Source: Cyanophora paradoxa CCMP329 (lineage: Eukaryota > Plantae > Glaucophyta). From it: a stretch of DNA of 64,000 bases. Both the position numbers and the translations under genes were made by a program. Below, in pieces: positions 23,901 to 35,200 of the stretch (its first letter is position 1; each line of letters starts with the position of its first letter). Below the pieces are notes generated by a model. That model searched no databases, was not told the origin of the DNA, and saw nothing but the letters and a program-made list of their open reading frames with translations. The stretch is taken from the NCBI GenBank assembly GCA_004431415.1, contig QPMI01000453.1, positions 186,001 through 250,000 of the forward strand. Direction: 5' to 3'.

Positions 23901-25998
23901 GGGTGGGAGGGGGGCTACGGCAGGGGGAAGGAGGGTGCGGGCGGGAGAGGGGAAGGGTGGAAAAGGGTGCGCCTCCGGGGAAAGAGGGGGAGGGGGAAAC
24001 GAAGGCACGGGGAGGGGCGGGGCGGGGGACGGCGGTGGGGTGGGGAGGCGGGGGGAGGAAGGGGGAAGAAGGAGGGAGGAGGGGGGGGAGGGGGGAGGGG
24101 GGGAGGAAGGTAGCTTGAGGGAAGGGGAGGGGGAAGGGGAGAGGGACGGGTGGGGGTGCGGGTGGGGGGTACCCTCGTCGACCCAGCGCATGCCTGCCTT
24201 CGGAGTCAGAGCGCGCGAGCGCGAGCGCACTTGCGAAATGAACTGAGAGGCCGCACCGGCAGTGAGCTGCATCTCGTCGAACCTGCGGCAGCGACAGGGG
24301 GCCCGCGGCCGTCGGCGGCGGCGAGGCGGACGAAGGGGCGAGGGCGGGCGGGGCGGGGCCGAAGGCGCACCAGCAGGAGAGGCCCCGGGCGAGCAGCGCG
24401 TCCTTCACCGCCCGCACTCTGCCCGCGTCCGCGTGCGCTGCGCCGCCCACCGCCGGCGTCGGCGCCGCGTCGCGCCGGCCGCCGCGCGGACGGGGCGCAG
24501 GGCGCACCGTACGAGATGAAGACGCGCGTCGCGGGGGCGTCGGCCGGCAGCTCGCCGCGCGACCAGGCCGGGCCCGGCGGCTCCTGCTCCCGCCCCTCGT
24601 CCCGCCGGCCCATCCGGAGGAGGGCCCGCGCGGCGCGGCCCTCCGCGCCGGGCGCTGCCGCCGGGCGCCGCCGACGGGCGACGCGCTGCAGGGCATCGGC
24701 GAGGGCTTCGATGCGGGTGTCGTAGCCGGCCTCGCCGGGCCGCCCGATGGGCCGCGTCCACTGGAACTGGCGCAGGCGCATGTCGAGGCCGCCGGGCGCC
24801 GCCGCCAGCGCCGCCTCCGGCTGCTCCACGAAGACGGGAAGCACGTCGCAGCCGCCGTCGATCGCTGCCGCCCCCGCCGCCGCCCGCGTCGGCCCCGAGC
24901 GCCGCGGGCGGGGCGGGGCGGGGCGGGGCGGGGCGGGGCGGGGCGGGGCGCGGGGCGGGGGACCGTCGTTGAGGGCCTCGAGGCAGGCGTCGGCGACGAC
25001 GGAGGCCGCCGAGGCGAGGAAGAGGAACGCGGCGCACTCGCACGCCCCGCCGCCCGGGACCCCGACGCACCCCTCCAGCACCCCGCCCCGCCCCCGCCCC
25101 CGCCCCCGCCCCCGCCGCTGGAAAGGGGCCGGTCAGCTCGCGGGGCGCGGGCGGGGCGCGGGGCGCGGGGGCGGGGCGGGGCGGGCGCGCCAGAGGCCGA
25201 GACCGTAGTACTCGCGCAGGTCCGCCAGCAGCTCCGCCGCCCGCCGCACGTCCGCCGCCGTCCCGCACACGTGCACCCACGCCCCCCGCCGCCCCGCCGC
25301 CCCGGCCCGCGCCGCCGCCCCCGCCGCCGGCTCGAGCTCCCCCCGCCCGCGGGGCCCCGCGGCGCCTTCGTCTGCTCGCCCGCCCCGCGCGCGTGGGCCG
25401 GAGCCGAGCGGACCGCCCCGGGGCACGGGGGGCACCTTTCCCATCGCCCGCTTCCATCGCGGCGGACTCGGCTCCTGCCTGTGCGTCCGCATCCGCTGGT
25501 CGCACCGGCGGCACCTCTTGAGGCAGCGGCTGTAGCGTGCCCGTGGTCTCTGAGGAACGATGGCTCACGATCAGACGCGCGGCCTCCATCGGCGGGCCAC
25601 GCGCACGCGTACGCACCCGCGGTCGGGGGCGGCAGAAGGTGCAGCCTTGCGGCGGGCGCGGCGGTCGCCGGCGAAGGCACTTGTACTGCGGCCGCGGCCG
25701 GTTTCGACGACGGCGGGTGATCATCATCATGAAGCTGCGCGGCCGCGGGCGCCTTCGCTGGCGGCCGCGGTACCGATGGAACAGAAGCTGCGCGAAGGAC
25801 GTTGTAAGCTTTCGGACCATGGCCAGCCCCGCATCTGATCATGACACTTTGACCGCAATGCATGCGCACCCGAACCGGCCACTGGGGAGGCTGCAGCTGC
25901 AGGGGCCGCGGGCGCGCCTCGCACGCCTTCAGAACTCGAAGCACCGCAGCCCCTGCGCGATGTGCGGCCGCGGGTTGGCGTTCATTGCATTCATGCAC
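14948..25998 (-). CDS. NLR-like STAND protein, copy A: degenerate TIR + TIR + NACHT + pentapeptide repeats + 14 WD40 exons (start codon uncertain; one apparent 1-bp frameshift at ~22712)
   Basis: Spliced motifs: TIR RVFISY|[23 protein letters not shown]|FDEMQLTA|GMRWVDE|[26 protein letters not shown]|EEFAYAY; Walker A VLLLLGDA|GTSKTT; Walker [11 protein letters not shown]; [10 protein letters not shown]; [11 protein letters not shown]; AAANAATVL; pentapeptides [34 protein letters not shown]; WD40 exons; C-terminal [10 protein letters not shown]; stop at 14948-14950. Confidence 0.9.
15701..20486 (-). repeat. WD40 exon/intron tandem array of copy A: 14 units of ~355 bp
   Basis: Exons 20367-20486 (120 nt), 20017-20142, 19667-19792, 19299-19424, 18943-19068, 18587-18712, 18237-18362, 17875-18000, 17519-17644, 17151-17276, 16795-16920, 16439-16564, 16083-16208, 15701-15826. 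Each reads cag|[42 protein letters not shown]|gtgcg, and the introns carry a GCTGAC branch-point-like motif. Confidence 0.95.
23750..24170. repeat. Purine/G-run low-complexity intron inside the TIR of copy A (paralog at ~39195-39620)
   Basis: Long G/GA runs between the GMRWVDE and VARAVRNC exons; the strand-biased composition is retained in both copies. Confidence 0.7.
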
Positions 25999-28659
25999 TC
26001 ATGATCGATATCACATGCGCATGCAAGATCGTGTCCGGCTCTCACATTCTCGTCCGGTCCGCCGGGAGCGCGAGTGATCGGGAGCTGCTACCTGGCTCAG
26101 CTTCTCAGCTTCACAGCTTCCCGAATCCCCGATTAGCGATTCTGGGGTATCCAAGAGTTCGTCGGAGGAGAGTTGTACCCCCCATCAAGCCGAAGACTGG
26201 GCCCGAAGTCTCCCGAAGAGTGTCGCATCGCCGAGTCGGGGCACGGACATCGGAACGAGGATGCTAAACGCGCTGGAGGAGAGATTTGGCAGCGTAGCGT
26301 GCGGACGCAGGAATCGATGCGCCGAGCAACGATCGTGGCCAGCTCGAGCCGCGCGCATGCGCACGTGAAAAGCTCTGCGCTGGCTGGTCCCGGCCGCGCG
26401 ATCCGAGTCGCGTGCGCGACGCGCGGGCTTCTCTTGTTCTGCGTCTGCGTCTGCAGCTGGAATGGAGATGCCGCGGAGCCCCTTCCTCGCCCGCTCCTCG
26501 GGCCGCCGTTAGCGCTCTCCCGGCCCGCGAGCCGCTCAGCGCCGGCAGCCGCGGGCATCTCCTCCTTCTCCGAGCAGTGCGCGCCTCCCGTCCCTCGCCC
26601 TACGCGTCCGACGCCCCTGTTCCGAATCCCTCTTTCTTTTCTGACGCCCCTCGAGCTCGTAGGCGGGACGACGTGCACCCCCGTACCTGCACTCCTGCGC
26701 CGGATCCATCCCGGTACCCTCCCTGCAGCCCTGTACCCCCTCCGCTAACTCCGGATTCACCCCCCCCCTCTCCCGCAGATTGCCTAGCGGCGGCGCAGGC
26801 CCGCCTGCTCGGGGGCGCGTGCGACTGTACCCGCGCCCCTCCGAAGCCGTACCCCTCCCAGGTCCTTCTTGACGGGGCGCGAACCCGTTGGACTAGCGCT
26901 CTCTCTCGGCGCTGTACCCCCTGCTCCAGCGCTGTACGCGCACCCCGTGCGCTCGCACCTGCCCCCCCTCTCCCCCTCCCTCCCCCCCCACCCCCCCCTC
27001 CCCCCTCCCCTTCCCCCTCAATTCCGCTCACGAAGGCCGGCGCCTGCTAAGCTGTTTCGGATTCCCCGCGCCGCCCTGACCCCGCCTGCAGGTTCAGATC
27101 TAAGCCGCGGGCTCGCCCTCGCCTCATCGCCCCCTGGCCGCCCTCGCCGCCCCCGCCGGGGCGCCCCGGCGAGCCCGCCGCCGCCCCTCGTCCCCCCTCG
27201 CTGCCCGGCCCGCCGCCTGCCCGCCGCCGGCCCGCCGCCGGCGCCGAGGGCGAGGCCCAAGGGCGCCCCCGCCCCGCGGCCGGCCTCGGACCCGGCGGGC
27301 CGCCCCCCGCCCCCGCCCGCGCCCCGCGCCCCCGCCCTCGGCGCCGGCGCCGGCGAGACCCACCAGGGCGAAGCAGGCTCGCAGAGGGGCCGCACCTCGC
27401 TCGCCCCCGCCGTCCGGCGCCCCGTCCCTCTGCCCGCAGCCCCTCCCGGTGCCGTACCCCTCCTGAGGGAACAGGCCCGCTCGAGCTCTCCGTACCCGAT
27501 TTTAGAAATCCAACAGCCTTCGTTCGAACTCGTTTCTTCCTGACGAGTCTGCAGCTGATGGAGAGCCGCACGCGTACCACAGAGGCCGTCGCTCGTCCAG
27601 GAGACCTGTACACGTACCCCGTCCCCCCCCCCCCCCGGTCCCCGCCCACGCCCCATCCCCGCGGCAGGCCGCCGGCGTCTCTCTTCGAAACCGGACCGGC
27701 GCCAGCGCACGGGCGGGCCACGCCTGACGTCTCTCTCTCGCTCGCGGGCGGGGGCGCGGGGCGGCGCGCCGGTCCCGGCCCACCCCGGCCCGGCCCAGCC
27801 TGGACCCCGCGCCGCCCGCCGCCCGGGGCGGGAGCTCGTTCCTCTTCTCTTCGCGCTCCTCTCCTCTTCGCGCTCCTGGCCCGGCCCGGCCCGGGCCCGG
27901 GCCCCGCCCCGCCCCGCCCCGAACCGACCCCGCGCCGCCCCCCCCCCCCCCCCCCCGGGGGCGGGAGCTCCTCCCCGGCCCTCCTCTCCTCTCCCCGCCG
28001 GCCCCGGCCCGCGCCCGCCGGCGCCCGCGCCGGCGCCGGAGGCCCCCGCGCATCCGGAGGGCCCTCCTCCGGGTCTTCTCCCCCCCGCCTCCCCCCCCCC
28101 CCCCCCCCCCCGCTTTCCTCGGGGCAGGCGGGGCCCGCGGTCTGCGGGGTACCGTTCATCCTCGCACCGATCCCGGGGCCAGGGGCGCGCGCCCCGCCCT
28201 CGCCGCCGGCCCCTCGAGATCGCTCTCCCCCGGGCCCCCTCCCAGCCGCCCCCGCGCCCCGATCGCGACGGGCGCCCGGCCGGCCCGCCCGTCTCCGCGC
28301 ACCCCTCCCTTCCCCCCCCCCTTCCCTCCTCCTCCGCCCCCCCCCGGTTAGCCAAGAACGCTAGCTATAGCTATAGGGCTAGGCCTAGGATTCTAGGCAG
28401 TCCGCAACTATGTATTCGTAGAAATTGAAGTGCCTAATTAAATAATATAAATGTCAATTAATATTAATTCGAAGAAATTGAAGTGCCATGATTGAATCTC
28501 GCCCATCGGCATGCCATGATGGTCCAACTTGCGCAAATGCATGCGCATGCGCTGCAGCGAACTCGCGGTTTGTAGCCGGTTGTGTTGGCCGGTTATCGCA
28601 GGGAACAGCGCTGGCGTTGCGCATATGCATAGCGGTGCGGATGAATTCAAAACGGAAGC

Positions 28660-31600
28660 TCAGGGGGGCTGGGCGAGCAGGCGGGGCGGGGGCGGGGTGG
28701 GGGAGAGCCCGGCGCCGGCGCCTCCCAGGAGGGCGGGGGGTACGAGCCCGTCCGCCTGCGCCTCGTCCGCGCGCTCCGATTACCGGAGTGTGTCCATCGC
28801 GGAAATGAAGTCGCCTGTACCCGGGCCCGCCGAGCGGAGGCGCCGAACCTGTACCCCATGGCCAGCCAGACCGCCCGAGGCTCATTAGGCTGAAAGTAAT
28901 CAAATCGAATGAAAGGAGATATAGAGCACTTGGTAGGCTCGAGCACTAATTACAAGCATCGAGCTCGAGCCGGGCCGCCCGCGGGCGCCAGGGTGAGAGC
29001 CCCGGATCTAGAGAGGGGGGAGAGCCCTGTAGCCCTCGCTAGCTATTTATAGCTGCACCCGTCGCCTCCGCCGCGCCTGCGGAGGACCTAGAACTAAACG
29101 GGGTACCGGAATACCCGCCCTGCTCCATCCGGGACGGACCTGGAGGCGGGCGGGGCGCGGGGCGGGGTGCCGGGCCTCCCGGGCCCGCCGCTCCCCCTCC
29201 GGCTCCAGCAGCCGCTGCAGCGGACCTGGAGGCGGGCGGGGCGCGGGGCGGGGTGCCGGGCCTCCCGGGCCCGCCGCTCCCCCTCCGGCTCCAGCCGCCG
29301 CTGCAGCGGACCTGGAGGCAGGCGGGGCGCGGGGCGGGGTGCCGGGCCTCCCGGGCCCGCCGCTCCCCCTCCGGCTCCAGCGGCCGCTGCAGCGGACCTG
29401 GAGGCGGGCGGGGCGCGGGGCGGGGTGCCGGGCCTCCCGGGCCCGCCGCTCCCCCTCCGGCTCCAGCGGCCGCTGCAGCGGACCTGGAGGCGGGCGGGGC
29501 GCGGGGCGGGGTGCCGGGCCTCCCGGGCCCGCCGCTCCCCCTCCGGCTCCAGCGGCCGCTGCAGCGGACCTGGAGGCAGGCGGGGCGCGGGGCGGGGTGC
29601 CGGGCCTCCCGGGCCCGCCGCTCCCCCTCCGGCTCCAGCGGCCGCTGCAGCGGACCTGGAGGCAGGCGGGGCGCGGGGCGGGGTGCCGGGCCTCCCGGGC
29701 CCGCCGCTCCCCCTCCGGCTCCAGCGGCCGCTGCAGCGGACCTGGAGGCAGGCGGGGCGCGGGCGGGGTGCCGGGCCTCCCGGGCCCGCCGCTCCCCCTC
29801 CGGCTCCAGCGGCCGCTGCAGCGGACCTGGAGGCAGGCGGGGCGCGGGGCGGGGTGCCGGGCCTCCCGGGCCCGCCGCTCCCCCTCCGGCTCCAGCGGCC
29901 GCTGCAGCGGACCTGGAGGCAGGCGGGGCGCGGGGCGGGGTGCCGGGCCTCCCGGGCCCGCCGCTCCCCCTCCGGCTCCAGCGGCCGCTGCAGCGGACCT
30001 GGAGGCAGGCGGGGCGCGGGGCGGGGTGCCGGGCCTCCCGGGCCCGCCGCTCCCCCTCCGGCTCCAGCGGCCGCTGCAGCTGCGCGCAGCGAAGCGAAAG
30101 GAGTTGGGCCCGGTGGGTCGTGTGGGAGACGGTTCTCAAGGGGACAGCGGTTTTAAGAAATTCTTGTGGAGATGGTTCTTAAGAGGGCAGCGGTATTATA
30201 TATAGGAGATGGTTCGTATAATATATTAAGAGGACGGCGGTCTCGTAGGAGATGGTTCTTGAGGGCAGCGACTGGGTGGTGAGCAACGAGGGAGTCCTAA
30301 GGCATGTTTATAGAATGGAAGATCCGATAGCGTGTAAGATGTTATAAGATGTTTTTATGAGACGGTAGGGGGCGTTGTGAGGCGCCGGAGCACGATCGCG
30401 AGGGTGTCCTGGGGGTGGTGGGTGGAGGCGGCGAGAGCATCTTTATAGATAGTTCCTATAGGAAATGGCTCTTAAGCGAACAGGTTCTTATAGGAAATGG
30501 CTCTCAAGCGCGCACGAGGGTGTCCTGCGGGTGGAGGGTGGAGGCGGCGAGGCCGGGGCGGGGCCGCCCTCGGAGCAGCGCGAGCTCCCGCCCGCCCGGC
30601 GTCAGGGCCGCCCGGTACAGAAAGGAGGCGCCCAGCGCCTCGGGCGGGCCCGCCGCGACGACCCCGAGCGCTGGAGGGGGCCGCCCGTCAGCAACCACGC
30701 GCGCGCCTCTCTCTCAGAGTGAACTAATTTATCATGGGCCCGGGTGCAGCTTGCGATCGTGGCCGACCGCGGGCCCCGCGCACCCCTCCCTCTCGAAACA
30801 AAGATAGAAATTAATTAATGAAGGCCGGCGCACCGGCGAAGGGCTTGGCCCATTCGGGGTTGCGGAGCAGGCAGACAACCTGGCGGCAACGTTAGCGTTA
30901 GGCTCGGGAGGGCTTGGGAGGGCTTCTTAGAGCCTAAGATTGCAGTAAGCTAGGAGCATCCAGGCCGAGGGCGTGGAGGCGAAACGAGGGCGAGGCTAAG
31001 TTTAAGAGAATCTAAATTGCAGAGAAGCTAGATGAAGCCGAGGATTTTTTCATACGATTCTAAGCTTCAGCTAAGCGTGGGCGCACCCGTGCGAGGCCGA
31101 GGGCGTGGAGGAGGTACTCGGCGACGGCGTGGTTCTCCCGGTCCGAGGGCAGCGCCAGCAACGCCGCCTCCACGCCCCGCGGCCCCACGTCCCCCGTCTG
31201 AGATGAGGTCAGAACGGAAATTGGGGGGTACGATTGCAAGGCGTGCCGAGAGGGGGGGGGGGGGGGGGGGGGGGGGGGAGGCAGGAAGGCGTCCCCCTGG
31301 CCGAGCCTCTAGAGAGCGCAACCTAGCATCTAGCCTAGCATCTAGCCCAGCGTGTTAGAGCGCTAGAGCGAGATACAGGCGCTAGGCCCTCAGCCTATCC
31401 CAGCCTAGCGCGGCCCGGCCTCTAGCCGCGCGGGCTTGGGAGGGACGGACCTGCTCGGCGAGGGCGGCGACGAGGGCGGCGACAGCCGCCCCCCCGTCGT
31501 CCGCCTCGCCCGCCGCCCGCTCCGCCGGGTCCGCCCCGGCGTGACGCGCCACGTGCAGCAGCCGCGGCGAGACGCCCCCGCACTGAAGCAAGGAAGCTTA

Positions 31601-31962
31601 AGAAAGGAAGGAAGGGGGCGGGGGTGGGCGTACCCCGGGGGCGGGGGCGGGGCTCGTGGCCGAGAAATCGCAGAGGGGCTCGCGGCTCGCAGAGCGCGAG
31701 GGCGGGCGGGGCCCGGCGGCCCCTTTGGCCTCCGGATCCGCCAGCGACGCCTCCGAGGGCGAGGGCGAGGGCGCGGGCGCCGGCGCCCTCCCGGTCCGCT
31801 CCCTGCATAGAAAGCGCGTCGAGTGAGGGGCAGTGCGGGCGGGCGGGCGTGCGGGCGGACGGGGGGGCGGGGGGGCGGGCGGCCTCGGGGGCGGCGGCCA
31901 GAGACGAAACGACGGGCGGGCCACCCGGCCCAGGCCGCCCGCCCGCCCGTGTCGCACAGGAC
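28660..31962 (-). pseudogene. 5'-truncated copy (X') of the antiporter 3' exons
   Basis: Homologous to 43977-47082: exons CGGVSPRLL..AEQ, TGDVGPRGVEAALLALPSDRENH, VVCLLRNPEW and the terminal exon. One exon is expanded 11-fold. Homology ends at ccgtgtcgcacagga (=47068-47082) and there are no transmembrane exons. Confidence 0.75.
29136..30080. repeat. 86-bp minisatellite, ~11 copies
   Basis: Near-perfect copies; ORF-track starts at 29167/29253/29339 are 86 bp apart. A single ancestral copy lies at ~44468-44552. Confidence 0.92.
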
Positions 31963-32232
31963 TGTCTACTAGCTATAGGGCTAGGGATAGGATTCTAGGC
32001 AGTCCCGAAGTCCTTCCCTAGCAGGTGCGCAACTGCGTAGAAATTAGAGTGCACGTGTACAAATATCAGTGAATATATATTAATTCGAGTTCCCGATCGT
32101 ATATCACACAACCACTGAGCCTCAGAGAGCCATTGAAATCTGATACCGAGCTTCGGAATTCTATTGCAATCAGGATGTGCTCGGGGTATAAATTGATGTA
32201 TACGCAATGATCACCATACTGCTGTTCTCTGT

Positions 32233-35200
32233 TCACCGCCGCTGCCCCGCGGGCTCTCCCCCCTCGGGCCCCGCATCGGGCGCCGCGGCCCCGCCGGCCT
32301 CGACGGCGCCGAGCTGCAGCAGCAGCCGCCGCAGCCGCGGCTCCAGCGCCGTCCCCGCGTCCACCTGCCGCCCCGCCCGCCCGCCTCGCGAGGGGCCCCG
32401 GCCCGGCCCCGAGCTGCGAGGGGGCGACGCACCCGCGCGCCGAGCGCCTCGAGGGCCGCCGTGCGAGCGATGCGCCGCGTGCAGCGGAAGGCCTGCGCCC
32501 ATACGCCGCGCAGCGCAATCGATGTCGGCGCCCGTGGTCAGCAGGGGCCGCAGGGGCTCCCGGAGACGGCGGCCACGCACGGGGACGCGCTCGACGGAGA
32601 GGCCGCGCGCGGGGCCCGCGGCGGCGAGCAGCGACCCCCCGCCCTGCCTCCGCCCGTGAGCGCCAAAACGCACGCTCACAAGGTTAAGGAAGCAGCAGCG
32701 GAACGCACGGAAAGCGAACAGACGGCGAATGGGACCCTCTGGTCTTGAGGGGTTTCAAGCTCGAGCTTGGGATCGCGCTCGGCAGGGACGGACGCCGGCC
32801 GCAGGTCGATGGGCTCTCCCGAGGGGAGCGCCCACGCCAGCGCGCGGCCCGAGGCCGAGCGCCCGACAACGGCGTCCTGCGCCGAGCGACCCTATCAGAG
32901 AAAACTGACGCCCCTCCGTCCCTCTGCCAGCGTGCCGAGCTCTCTGCCTGCCTCAGCCTAGCACTGGCTCCCCGCCCTGCGCACCGCCGAGACCGTCACC
33001 GATTGGACGTAGCCCGTGTAGCCCTGAAGCTGCAGCAGCTCCGCCCCTGTCTCCGCGTCCCACACCCGCACGGATCTGTCCTCGCTCCCCGACACGATCC
33101 GCCGCCCGTCCTGTGCATGCGCCCCGCCGCCGCGCCCCGTCGAGTCAGCGCCCCTCCGCCAGGCTCCAACGTTAACCTCGCCCCACTCCCCTCCGGACCC
33201 GCCCGCATGCCTTTAGATCTCGGTCCTGGCTCCGGGCCCTGGCCCCGGCCCTTCGCCTTTTTTGCTGCCCACGGAGCGCCCCGCACCTCCATCCCCTCGC
33301 GCTCTCTGCCTGCCTCAGCCTAGCACTGGCGCCCCGCCCTGCGCACCGCCGAGACCGCCACCGAATTGACGCAGTCCGTGTGGCCCTGCAGCTGCAGCAG
33401 CTCCGCCCCCGTCTCCGCGTCCCACACCCGGACGGAGTTGTCGTCGCTCCCCGACACGATCCGCCGCCCGTCCTGCGCCCCGCCGCCGCGCCCCGTCGAG
33501 TCAGCGCCCCTCCGCCAGGCTCCAACGTTAACCTCGCCCCACTCCCCTCCGGACCCGCCCACATGCCTTTAGATCTCGGTCCTGGCTCCGGGCCCTGGCC
33601 CCGGCCCTTCGCCTTTTTTGCTACCCGCAGGGCGCCCCGTGCCGCCATCCCCTCGCGCCCTCTGCCTGCCTCAGACTGGCACTGGCTCCCCGCCCTGCGC
33701 ACCGCCGAGACCACCACGGAGGTGACGTAGCCCGTGTGGCCCTGCAGCTGCAGCAGCTCCGCCCCCGTATCCGCGTCCCACACCCGCACCGAGTTGTCCC
33801 AGCTCCCCGACACGATCCGCCGCCCGTCCTGCGCCCCGTCGACACGCCCCATCGAGTCAGCGCCCCTCCGCCAGGCTCTGACGTCGCCCCGCTCCCCTCC
33901 AGACCCGCCCGCATGCCTTTAGATCTCGGTCCTGGCTCCGGGCCCCGGCCCTGGCCCTTCGCCTTTTTTGCTGCCCACGGGGCGCCCCGCACCTCCATCC
34001 CCTCGCGCTCTCTGCCTGCCTCAGCCTAGCACTGGCTCCCCGCCCTGCGCACCGCCGAGACCGCCACCGAGTAGACGGAGTCCGTGTGGCCCTGCAGCTG
34101 CAGCAGCTCCGCCCCCGTCTCCGCGTCCCACACCCGCACAGATTTGTCGCCGCTCCCCGACACGATCCGCCGCTCGTCCTGCGCCCCGCCGCCACACCCC
34201 TTTGCGTCAGCGCCCCTCCGCCAGGCTCCAACGTTAACCTCGCCCCGCTCCGCTCCGGACCCGCCCGCATGCCTCTAGGTCTCGGTCCTGGCTCGGGAGC
34301 CCCGGCCCCGGCCCTCCGCCTCTTTTGCTCCCCGCGGGGCGCCCCACCCGCCATCCCCTCGCGCTCTCTTCCTGCCTCAGCCTAGCACTGGCGCCCCGCC
34401 GTGCGCACCGCCGAGACCGCCACCGAGGTGACTTCGCCCGTGTGGCTCTGCAGATGCAGTAGCTCGGCCCCCGTCTCCGCGTCCCACACCCGCACGGATC
34501 TGTCCTCGCTCCCCGACACGATCCGCCGCCCGTCCTGCGCCCTGCCGCCACGACCCATCGTGTCAGCGCCCCTCCGCCAGGCTCCAACGTCGCCCCGCTC
34601 CCCTACGTACCCGCCCGCACCCCTTTAGATCTCGGTCCGTGCCCGCGGCCCCGGCCCAGCCTCGGCCCCTCTCCTCTTTTGCTACCCGCGGGGCGCCCTG
34701 CGCCGCCATCCGCTCGCGCTCTGCCTGCCTCAGCCTAGCACTGGCTACCCGCCCTGCGCACCGCCGAGACCACCACCGAGGTGACTTCGCCCGTGTGGCC
34801 CTGCAGCTGCAGCAGCTCTGCCCCTGTCTCCGCGTCCCACACCCGCACAGATTTGTCGCCACTTCCCGACACGATCCGCCGCCCGTCCTGTGCATGCGCC
34901 CCGCCGCCACGCCCCATCGCGTCAGCTCCCCTCCGCCAGGCTCTGACGTCGCCCCAATCCGCTCTGGACCCGCCCGCATGCCTCTAGGTCTCGGTCCTGG
35001 CTCGGGAGCTCCGGCCCCGGCCCTTCGCCTTTTTTGCTTCCCGCGGGGCGCCCTGCGCTGCCATCCCCTCGCGCTCTGCCTGCCTCAGCCTAGCACTGGC
35101 TCCCCGCCCTGCGCACCGCCGAGACCGCCACCGAGTAGACGTAGCCAGTGTGGCCCTGCAGCTGCAGCAGCTGCGCCCCCGTCTCCGCGTCCCACACCCG

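Noticed and set aside
27640-27700. WW-domain-like LPRGW peptide on the minus strand
   Set aside because: The remaining WW residues (aromatic pair, second W-x-x-P) are absent.
20688-30205. Many long Pro/Arg/Gly/Ala-rich ORFs on both strands (e.g. 22330-23757+, 27018-28355-, 29039-30139-)
   Set aside because: Stop-poor GC-rich and tandem-repeat sequence. They are antisense or out-of-frame shadows of the spliced genes or the minisatellite.
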